From positions 188,248,107 to 188,312,106 of the forward strand of contig NC_085844.1 of assembly GCF_035594765.1 (NCBI RefSeq): a stretch of 64,000 bases of DNA. The letters run 5' to 3'. The DNA is from Anolis carolinensis. Lineage: Eukaryota. Of this stretch, positions 54,490 through 64,000 are shown piece after piece. The translations under genes and the position numbers were made by a program. The notes below the pieces were generated by a model. That model was given only the letters and a program-made list of their open reading frames with translations. It had not been told where the DNA came from and searched no databases. Position 1 is the stretch's first letter, and each line of letters starts with the position of its first letter.

Positions 54490-54887
54490 AGGCCCCTCTG
54501 ACCTCGAAGGGACCCCCAGCAGCCCAGCCGGACCCCCGTTTCCTGACAGACACCCCTCAGGCGGTGACAGGGCTACAGCAAGAGGAGACCCCCAGCACAC
54601 TGATGCCCTCGGAGCCCCCCTTCACCCCGGGGGCTGCAGTGGGCCGGCCAGGGAGACCCCCAACGCCCCAGCAAGGGGCTGCTCCCAGCCAGCCGGCCCC
54701 CCGGGGGTCCTCCTCTCCGTCCCACACCACCCTCGCCATCGTCAGCCTCCTGGGAATCGCGCTCGTCTTGGTGGCCGTCGTGGTTTCCTTGGTTTGCCGG
54801 AGGAGGAGGAGGCGTCAGGAGGGGCCACTCCACCCTGCTGCCCTCGGTGAGGAGACCCATTGGCTGAACCTTCCCGAGAAGACCTGA
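54490..54887 (+). pseudogene. Orphan coding-like segment: Pro/Thr/Ser-rich stalk + transmembrane helix + basic stop-transfer + short tail (CXCL16-like C-terminus); terminal exon or duplicated gene fragment
   Basis: Open frame from 54486 to TGA at 54887: ...SSSPSHTTLAIVSLLGIALVLVAVVVSLVCRRRRRRQEGPLHPAALGEETHWLNLPEKT*; in-frame stop at 54483; possible phase-1 acceptor ctaatctaaacag|; followed by UTR-like sequence. Confidence 0.55.
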
Positions 54888-55159
54888 AGCCAAAGCTAGC
54901 GCACTTTAGTTGCCGGGACCACTTTGTGACGGAGGGGCCGACCACGTTTATTTATATGTCTGTCTGTCTGTCTGTCTATACTGAGTCCTTGAAGGTACTC
55001 CCCCCCTTCCTCCCCCTCCCCTCCTCTGCATTTCCACTTCCTGTTTTGTTTTCTTTTCACAAAGAATATAAATAATGGCTTATTTTTTTAAGCCTGCCCT
55101 GCCTTTGTGAGTTTTGTGGCCATGCCATTCCTTGTGGGGTGCCCCATTGAAAAGCACCT

Positions 55160-55362
55160 TAAATGTTTATTTAAATGTACAATTATGCAGGTTTTTAATG
55201 TATATTTCAATTTTTATTGTAATTTTTTTTAAGTTTGAAAGACTTTTAAATCTGATGTAAACTGTTTTTCTGAAGTATATGTTTATATTGTAAGCCGCCC
55301 TGAGTCCCCTGATGGGTGAGAAGGGCGGGGTAGAAGTGATGCAATAAATAAATAAATAAATA
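55160..55362 (+). mobile_element. L2-type 3' tail
   Basis: AT-rich UTR, tgtaagccgccctgagtcccct...gggtgagaagggcgggg stem-loop and (TAAA)n; similar tails at ~1.3, 47.0 and 49.4 kb. Confidence 0.75.
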
Positions 55363-57038
55363 GCTTCATTGTAGCAAAGTGCTGAGAGAGAACTGATGGG
55401 TAGAGAAGAAATCGGGAAATATCCAGTTTACATCATCTTAGGTAGACTCACACTGGAGCTTTCACGTGGGCAGCCCCGTTCTTCTGGTACGAGCAGAATT
55501 CTGGGAAATGTAGTTTAGGCCTTTTGAAAACTCTGCTACAGAGGTCCTTGCCTTCCCAAACTACATTTCTCTGAAATCGGCTCACACCGGAAGAACAGGA
55601 TTGCCTGCATTACAGCCCCAATGTGATATGGCTGATAGAGGGAGGACACTTTGAGTCACTGCATCTTTGTTATTTATACCAGCTCTGAGGCATTTTTGAC
55701 TCTTCAATGCTAAGTGTTGTTTGCACTTCCAACATTCTGTAAAGCACCGAAAGAAGGCTAAGCATATGTGGGATCAAGTACACAAAAAGCCTACAACGGG
55801 TAAAACTCATCAGCAGGATTAAGTACATCTATTTGCACCTTACCTAGCGGTTAGCATCCACCCAGTTAAATTGCTGTTTTCCATCTCTCCCCCAACAATT
55901 TTAGCCTAATTTTAGAGATTTTAAATGATATTTTAAAGATTTAATAATAATCATGTGGATTATTTTATGTCTTGTTTATTTATGTCAGTTTATAATTTAC
56001 TGAGTTGTTCTTGATTCATTTCTTGATTTGTTTACATGTTACTATCGGCACTGAATATTTGGGGAGATAGGGTGGGTTATAAATAAGGTTTCAAACCTAT
56101 TCCAAGGAGAGATTGGTGTATTTGTTTGGTACTTCTGTTTTTGTACCACCAGCCCTGCCCCATGCTGACACATTTTCAATTATAACTTTAATATTTTGGG
56201 GGGGGGGCACACAAATCGGTCCTTCTAGGACATGAGTGGAGGCATAGCAGAATCAGCTTATCATTGTACTAGAACAGATAGCCAAGTCCAGTGAAAAGCA
56301 ATCTGAGTACCTGCGAGCAGTAATGATGCTTTCCACATGCCCAGATACGACTGAAATAGAAGTACCAGCCCACCTGACCAATGACTTTTTAGTTGTAAAA
56401 GAAAAGGGTCTAGAATTTGTCACTGTTCTCAAAGTTGCTATGATGAGTAATCTAGACATAAGCGTGAAAATCACCTCAGTCCGTTTCTAAGCAACTCTTT
56501 GAAGAGGTGCCAAAGAGCTACACCAAAGCACACAAGCCATTTTGTTGCTATTTATTTTGCAGGATTGAGGAGTTCTTGCTAATTTTGGGCATCCTGGGCC
56601 AGCCATGTCTTGAACTGTGGAACACACAGCTGAATGTATTGTTCAATTATGATAGCATAGCATCCTTGTGGGAAGGCTGCTGAAAACATCACTGACTCAT
56701 ACATACAGCTTTATTTGGGGAAAACAAGGGTGAGAAACATGCACCCTGCCAAATGTTGCTGGATTGTTACTACTGGAATTCCTCGCTACTGATTTATGGG
56801 CGGCTGGGACTTACAGTCCAGAGCTATTTGGAATGTTCCATGGCTTTCACTTTTGAAGCAGACCCTAATAGCCATTGACAAGCCTTGCTGTAATGCTTAT
56901 GAATTCACAACAAATAGGTACCCGTCACAATCAGTTTTAAAAATAAAAGATTTACTGCCATTTTTGTGAATAGTGTTAGCTGAGCCTTAATACTTTTCTT
57001 CATTATACAGTACAGTATTATCATTTTAGTCATGGTGT

Positions 57039-57585
57039 TGTTATGAGAGCTCAGCTCCACTAAAACTGCAGGTTCAAGGCCCAGAGTGCCAAGCTTCCAA
57101 AGGACCAGGTAAGACACAGATGGACTGAAGGCAAAATCAATGGCTTTATTCTCATGACCAGAGGGTGTCAGCAGACAGAGTTCTCCAAAGAACCAACACA
57201 ACACAATTGCAAATACAGAGCTTTTTCCCTATTTGACAGCTATTCAAGAAATCTGAGCCACATCTTTATTGACATGGATCCAGCTAGGATCCATGTCCTA
57301 GATAGTTCAGGACTCTGTCTGATACCATCGCCTGTTGGCTGCTCATGGTGGCAGGAAATTTAATAAGCTGTCATTGAAGCATTTGAAGTATTGGTCCATT
57401 TATTGATCTGCCTCTGAAAGAAGCATGATCAGAAAGGAATGTGGTGTGGCAACTGCCAAAAGGACTGTAATGGGATTCATGGTTTGGCTTTGGTGGACAC
57501 AATGGTAACAGTCTAGAGTGCACAATAGGTACTTGAACATGAAAAATATTCCATTTCTTGATCAAAATACCTTGACAATGTGACA
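57039..57585 (-). mobile_element. Probable solo LTR (~550 bp), reverse orientation
   Basis: TGTTA...TGACA termini, minus-strand AATAAA (ctttatt ~57144); TSD unclear. Confidence 0.45.
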
Positions 57586-57589
57586 CAGT

Positions 57590-57937
57590 ATTTATTTCCG
57601 GTATTTCTACCCTGCCCTTCTCCCCTGGGGGACTCTGGGCGGCTTACAAATTGGCAACAAAGTGCCATCACATCAACAATACAATACAAAAGCCATTAAA
57701 AACTAAAAACATTTAAAACATCATAAAAACCAATATGCAATAATAAAACATTACCATGCACCAAGGTAATGTCCTTTCATTCACTAGACCTTGTTAATCC
57801 AGAGTCTTAAAAACCGACTGTGCCAAGCTCGAAGTTCATTCATTGAATGCTTGAGCACATAGCCATGTCTTTAGTTTTTTTCTGAACCCTAGAAGGGAAG
57901 GAACCTGCTGGATGTCACTGGGGAGGGAGTTCCACAG
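57590..57937 (-). mobile_element. L2 LINE 3' fragment
   Basis: Reverse stem-loop tail (ccctgcccttctcc...gggcggcttaca) and ORF2-end similarity (gggagggagttccacag). Confidence 0.7.
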
Positions 57938-58692
57938 CAAACATGCTCTTTATATTTGTGACTTTATATAGAAAACCTGTGTAGTATATAAACATTGGTT
58001 TCTAAGCTTGCATTATATGCTAGCTATGCATGCTGCAGTATTGGAGGTGGGGGTTGGGGTTCACTGAATCCATTTTGGTGACTCTTGCTCTCATCACCAA
58101 CCTTTTTGATGCATTTTGGATCATTAAACAATAGGCTTGATCGATCCATGAAAAATTTGATTCTAAACTCGTTTCAAAACTAGAGGGGGGCAGCGTTTCG
58201 TTTCTGAAGGTATTTCCGAATTTTGCCCCCCAAAAAATTCGAAATTAACGAAAATTCGTTATTTTCAAAATTAATTCGTTAATGGCAGACGCGCATGCGC
58301 AATTCCCAAAAACAGCACAGAGGGAGAGGACTTTACAGGACTCTCCCACCCTCATTTTTTGAGTGATCTTCTTCAAACTTGGTACAGTGGTAGAACACAT
58401 TTAGTACTGATAGCTCACCAAAATTTGGAACGTTTCCCTTATCCTCTGATTTTTGGAGAATTTTCATAGCTTTTATAATAAACCATTTTTTAATAATTGC
58501 AGAAATCTGTTCCTGGTTTGAAAGTCTTATTTCCTGTTAAATTGGGTTGTCTTTACTGTGAAAGTCATTGTTCTACTTCAGAAACTTTGTTTTTGTGGCT
58601 GAAACTTTGTTAAATTGGTGTGTGTGTGATATATACTGTGTATATATATATATATAGTCCCTGCATATGTGTGTGTGTGTGTGTGTGTGTAT

Positions 58693-58852
58693 AGGTAAAG
58701 GTAAAGGTATCCCTTGACATTAAGTTCAGTCATGTCTGACTCTGGGGGTTGGTGCTCATCTCCATTTCTAAGCCCAAGAGCCAGTGTTGTCCATAGACAC
58801 CTCCAAGGTCATGTGGCCGGCATGACTACATGGAGTGCCATTACCTTCCCAG
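58693..58852 (-). mobile_element. Sauria SINE 3' fragment inside the hAT element
   Basis: ggtaaaggtaaagg tail then SINE body truncated at ttaccttccc. Confidence 0.85.
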
Positions 58853-59216
58853 AAACACCCAGAAAATGGGAATTCCAGACAGGAAACAATCAGGGCCAGC
58901 TAATACCTCCCAACAAAGGATTCCCCCAGGTAGGAAGCAGCCAGGCTTTGAAGCTGCAAGGCTATTCAATGCTAATCAAGGTGACTAATTGCAGCATTCA
59001 CACTTGCCTCCCACAGACAAGAGTTCTTTCTCCCACCCTGGACCTTCCACAGATATATAAACCCCACTTGCCTAGCTTCGCACAGACGTCAAAACCTCTA
59101 TGTCTGCCACAGATGTGGGTGAAACGTCAGGAGAGAATGCTTCTGGCACATGGCCATAGAGCCCGGAATACATACCACAACAGTGTGATCCCGGCCATGA
59201 AAGCTTTCGACAACAC
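58853..59216 (+). mobile_element. Penelope-like element terminal fragment inside the hAT element; hammerhead core disrupted
   Basis: Homologous to the 11.9 and 31.9 kb copies (gccatgaaagctttcgacaac end); CTGAGGA core partly deleted. Confidence 0.75.
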
Positions 59217-60810
59217 AACCACAGTATCCATTCAAGTTCATGTAGCGTGGTATGGAGAGACCTGTATTGGGGGGAGGGAGGGTGAGAATCTGGGCCCCTG
59301 GGAGTCGTAGTCCTCCCTCCCTCCCTCCCCGGGAGCAGCCGAGGACGGGCCTGGCCCACACCCCCTCGCATCCCGGGCCTCTTCCTCCTCACCGCCGGGC
59401 CCCTCTCTGTTTCTCTCGGTCTCTCCAGGCCTGAGCTGAGGCGAGGCGGCGGCGGCGGCGGCCATTTCCCCCCTCCGTCTTCCTCCTCCTCCTCGGCCTC
59501 CTTCCCCCTCGCCCCCTCCCATTGGCTGAGCCCGTGACGCCCCTTTTGCTGAGGGGCAAAAGGAAAGGGCCTGAATGGTGGGAGTTTGGGTGATTTGCAA
59601 AAGCTTTTTTTCCTAACGAAAAAAACGAAGAAATAAGAAAAAACGGCCTCTTGCGATTCGAAACCGCGATATCCAGACGTGTGGACAATCAAGGCCGTAT
59701 ATTGCTTCAAAACAAACGAAAATAACGAATTAATAACGGGTAACGGGGAAATCGAATTATTTGAGCAAGCCTATTAAACAATACCAGCTTCCAATTCTGG
59801 TCACATCTCCATTTCTCTGGCTTTGTGTTTACAAACAGAATTACTGCTGTGTACTAATTAAATACTTCGTGACTACCAATTTAATTTTATTCATAGGGAT
59901 TATTCCAGCTCTGTTTGGAGGGGAAGGGTAGAGAGTAAAGTGCCATTATAAATGTCTGGGCTCTGTTATTAGAGCAGGGCTAGATGCTGAGCTGCATGTT
60001 TTTGATACCACTTGGAAGTGCATTGGAAAAGGGTTTTGCACAAACAAGGAGTCCAGGACGACCTCCTTTAAAAAAAACATTTTCCTACATGATGGTTAAT
60101 TTCCATATAGAAAAAGATATAAGTTTGGTTATTCATATTGCTGATGGCTCCATAGGCAGGAAAATTCTCACTATACCCTTCTGAGTAATTTCTTGAAAAA
60201 TTAACTAAAACAGTTTGAAACAATAACTCAGAATAAAGCCATTACCATAAAAGTCAGCATTTTTTAAATTTAAAAATCTTGTAAAGCAGGCAATTTTTTT
60301 TAAAAAAAACTTTACAAGGTAGGCAGTTTATAACCCTACAGAAGTTATTGTACTGCAACTCATAAAATTCATCTCCCATTAGCTCCTGTTGTTTAAGGAT
60401 GGTAGGAATTTCATTCATATAGTATCTGAAAAGGGAACATTTGCTGTGTACTCTTACCTTTGAACTACAGGCAGATTCCTTTCCCCCCCATATTTACTAT
60501 CAGAGGGATTAAGGCTCCATTTACACTGTCATATAATGCAGCTTGAAACTGCATTATATGAGTTACACTAACCATTATATGATTAGTGTTGACTGATATA
60601 ATGCAGTTTTAACTGCATTATATGAGTCTACACTGACCATATAATGCAATTTCAAACTGCACTACGATGACAATGTAGATGGGGAGTTATGGAAACCTGA
60701 GAGAATTAAGGTCTCTGAAGTAATACACTATGTCATAGACTCCACAGCACCTTTAGACATCACCATACCCAAATTATAATGGCTATGTAATATAACAAAT
60801 TGTATGACTA

Positions 60811-61442
60811 CAGTAGAATCTCGACTTAAGAACATCCCAACTTATGAGTGTTTTGAGTTAAGAGCCATCACCCAACCCAGGTTTCACTTTGACATACTAG
60901 CAGAGTTTTGAGTTAAGTGCTAGTGCCAGAGTACATGGCTTTAGGGGTTCAAGAGAGCAGCCTCTGTGCCTTGTGCCTCATGCTCTTGTTGCTTTGGGAT
61001 ATTGTTGTCTGCTTTGCTCTTGTTCGCTTTGAGGAACATTAGGTTAGTTGATTTTGTGTGGTTTTAATTCCTGGTATGTTTGGCTTCAAGAAGAGAGAGA
61101 AGGAAAGAGAGCAAGAGAAGGAGGGAGGCTGGAATGAGTAAGTATGAAAAAAAAAATGATGCTTCTGCCTCTTCGCTTTGTGCTTTGTGCCACAACTTTG
61201 TGCTTCTACCATTTTGAAGTTGATGATTCTTTTTTATTGTTCCATGTCAATGTGCATTTATACATTATTTCTTATTAATAAATACATTTTCTAATTTAAA
61301 AACACATAACAAAATGGGGGGGGTGGAACAGGTGAATAGCATTTCAATGCATTTCAATGGGAAATTTTCCTTGAGATAAGAGAGGTTGGGGTTAAAAGCT
61401 CATTAATGGAACAAATTACACTGTTATCTCAAGGCATCACTG
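60811..61442. mobile_element. pogo/Tigger-like non-autonomous element, diverged
   Basis: TA-cagtagaatctcgacttaag ... ttatctcaaggcatcactg-TA. Confidence 0.6.
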
Positions 61443-63854
61443 TATTTGTCTGCAGGACCTTACTACAGCATTAATTTAACATTTGCACTAGTTTTCTGTG
61501 CCTTATCTACTGAAATCTAAGGTATGGCTAGGCTTCTTATGTATACAGTCTTATGGTTTGGAGCAGAAATAACCCTGAGTCTTCCTCCATTTATGGTTCA
61601 TGGCACTTTAAAAAAGTATCATACATTCATCTCTTAAGTTTATTTTCTGTGCATCAAATAAGGACACCTCCAGAGTATTCTCAATGGCAATTTCTCACAT
61701 GTGGAATTCTCTTCCCCTTATTTGAACATCACTTAGCAATATATTGCTCTTATTTGAGTTGGCTTCAATTGCTCAAGGATCTAGCAGCATGAAGGAACCA
61801 TTTTAACATTTAGTTTCAGACATAGTCACCCACTCCACTGCAATAAACTTTTGGATGGTCTTTGGGAGCTACTGTATAATGCCTTCTTTACAAGTGCTTG
61901 GAAATGTTAATTTTTTGGACTGCAATCCCAGCATTCCCAAACCAGGTAATGTTTCCAAGCTTTGCTCCTCTGCTGGATTCTTACCACTTGGTGATATATT
62001 GAGGGAAAGTTCTGTATCTGAAGCCAAAGAAAATTTTGAAGATCAGAATAAACCAGCTTTGACTGTCCTATGCAGCCAGTTAAAAAAAAATCAGAACAAG
62101 GTCAGTGACATTCCTCTGAAATCTTCCTTTCTAAATCAGGGGAAATCCAGATAGAGAAGAAAAGGCCAGAGCTATCCAACCAGGATACCTCATGGTTGCA
62201 CAGTTTGATCACAGAGATGGATGCATCCATAAGATTTTTTTTCAAGGGAAACAGACCTATTAACTCTGTGAAACACAACTTCCTAAGAAAGACAATTCCT
62301 CATATATTTCAACTTCTGGTAGAATTCAGGCCACATCACATCTTCCAGGGAACAGGTGGTAGATTTTTCGGAATGTTACATTAAAGCCATTATATACAAT
62401 CCAACCTTGTGTGTGTTTATCAGCAGAGGTGAATTCTAGGAACTAGGTATCAAGTCACCTTGGCCATTGACCAATAGTTTTGACTGTTGGATTTGGAATT
62501 GGAGTTCAATGCCTGCAAGCTCATAGGTTGATTGCCCTGTATTAAGTTTCACATGGCAGTGGTGGGCAAACTGTGCCCCTCCAATTATTGTTGGACTGCA
62601 GAGTCTTTAATATCAAGCAGCAGAACTAATGCAGGAAGATGATAGCATTTGCAGCTTAACAACATCTACAGCCATGCATTTTCCATGCCGTATGGGATCA
62701 GAATGTCTTATGTCTTTAAAAAAAGGAGGAAGGATTAAGCAGAAGTTCCAGAAAAGACCATATTCTCCAGCCAGAACTGTTTCCAGAAGATGTTTGGGAC
62801 AGAATTGAACCTAAGTGTGGTACCTACCTACTCTGTGCCAAAACTTCCTTTTCTAAGTACCGGCTCTAAAAGCAGACTTTCTCTTCTACTGCCACTGTAG
62901 GCTAGCGGATAGTTAATTCAGAGGGATACTATGACAAATTGAAATCCATGTCATTCATCAAGCAGCTTACAGAAATCAGCTTAAGCCATGTGAAGAAACA
63001 GCAACTAGCTAAAATCTAGAGAAGATTCAAGTTGGGGAGTAAATACTATAGTTCTGCTTAGAAGGTGAGTGATACTAATCTCTCGTGTGTAGTTATCAGT
63101 GGCTAAAAACTCAGTGGCACACAGTACTTTCCCTAATATGTTGCCATATTTTTGTCTAGAAAAGGTGTATGGTGGTGATGGTTCACAGTTCTTCAAAATG
63201 TTTGCTTCAGTACAAAACTGGGAAGCTGACACATGCACAGTTGGAGTTCCTGCCTGTGTTATCTGAAAACCAGCTAGCCATTTGCAGACATGCAGTCCTC
63301 TTCCACCTGCTTTTTCTATAAAAACAAAGAACACGGTTAGATTTAAGATACAAAGGGATGAGGTATATAGGGGGGAAAATCCATGGCAACGAGCATCCTC
63401 CAGTACTCTCAGGCCTGCCAGAGAAATTCACAGGATGTTGATGGAGACCTTGAGATATTATATCTGCGATATTGCTCTTTTAAATTGCAGTGTCAGAGCT
63501 GGCACTAGTGCAAAGTGCACATTGAATCACATGTAACCTGATAGTGGGTGGATTTGATGTAGAATCAGTTTTAGCTGTGTGCTTTTTTCTAATGTTAATA
63601 ACATTATGTTATTTATCAGAGCACAACTGAAACAATTTTGCTTTTCTTTAAAGCCCTCCCTTTCTGCTGCCGTTTCAGGAAATGTGCACAAACATGTTTA
63701 GAAAGACAGACAGGACAATCTGTTGCCAAGAGAATTTGGCTGATGCTTCCTGCTTTATTGCTCTGATCTATCAGAGTATTAAATGACAAGAGAAGTAGCC
63801 TAACATAGGAACTAATGGTTTATGAACCAGCCTATTGCCCGTGTTACCTTTACA

Positions 63855-64000
63855 TCTATATATATAAAAGAGTGATGGCATCACGGCAATTCACAAAACA
63901 ACAAAAGTACAGGCCCCCCAACCTCAAAATTTGACAACACAACCCATCATCCACGCCTCAAGGTTGATACAACAAAAAGAAAAGAAAAATAAAGTCCTAA
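63855..64000 (+). mobile_element. Helitron-like element 5' end, truncated by window end
   Basis: Begins A|TCTATATATATAAAAG, the typical Helitron 5' TC terminus after a host A. Confidence 0.55.

Larger units (their letters stand above)
58132..59773. mobile_element. Non-autonomous hAT-type DNA transposon (1642 bp) with mosaic captured interior
   Basis: TIRs TAGGCTTGATC / GAGCAAGCCTA; perfect 8-bp TSD TTAAACAA (58124-58131 and 59774-59781); AACGAA/TTCGTT subterminal repeats in both arms. Confidence 0.88.

Noticed and set aside
54564-54887. Possibility that the TM exon is CSF1 or UBL4B (mammalian neighbours of SLC6A17)
   Set aside because: Lacks the CSF1 GGLLFY transmembrane signature and has no ubiquitin-like sequence.
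58714-59710. 198-aa and 212-aa ORFs inside the hAT element
   Set aside because: They read across SINE, Penelope and GC-rich junctions and show no transposase motifs.

Overview
Eukaryotic genomic DNA from a squamate, very probably the lizard Anolis (inferred from Sauria SINEs, L2/CR1/RTE-BovB/L1 LINEs, Penelope-like elements, Tc1/mariner, hAT, Harbinger-type MITEs and a Helitron end). The only clear gene is the 5' half of the neuronal amino-acid transporter SLC6A17 on the minus strand. It has a non-coding exon 1 in a CpG island (~33.1-33.4 kb) and five coding exons (15258-14976, 5943-5786, 3455-3329, 2648-2467, 1528-1418). These splice in frame with GT-AG sites to 287 codons, and the gene continues beyond position 1. 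Most ORF-track entries are spurious or transposon fragments. Most notable items: (1) a 1.64 kb non-autonomous hAT element with a perfect 8-bp TSD whose interior is a mosaic of captured DNA, including what looks like a CpG-island promoter/first exon; (2) an orphan GC-rich segment encoding a mucin-like stalk, transmembrane helix and short tail, resembling the C-terminus of CXCL16; (3) Penelope-derived hammerhead ribozymes, one pair forming a ~206-bp palindrome in intron 2; (4) candidate regulatory modules (RE1/REST site, RFX cluster beside an assembly gap, CRE/AP-1 clusters). All family assignments are from recognition of sequence, not database searches.
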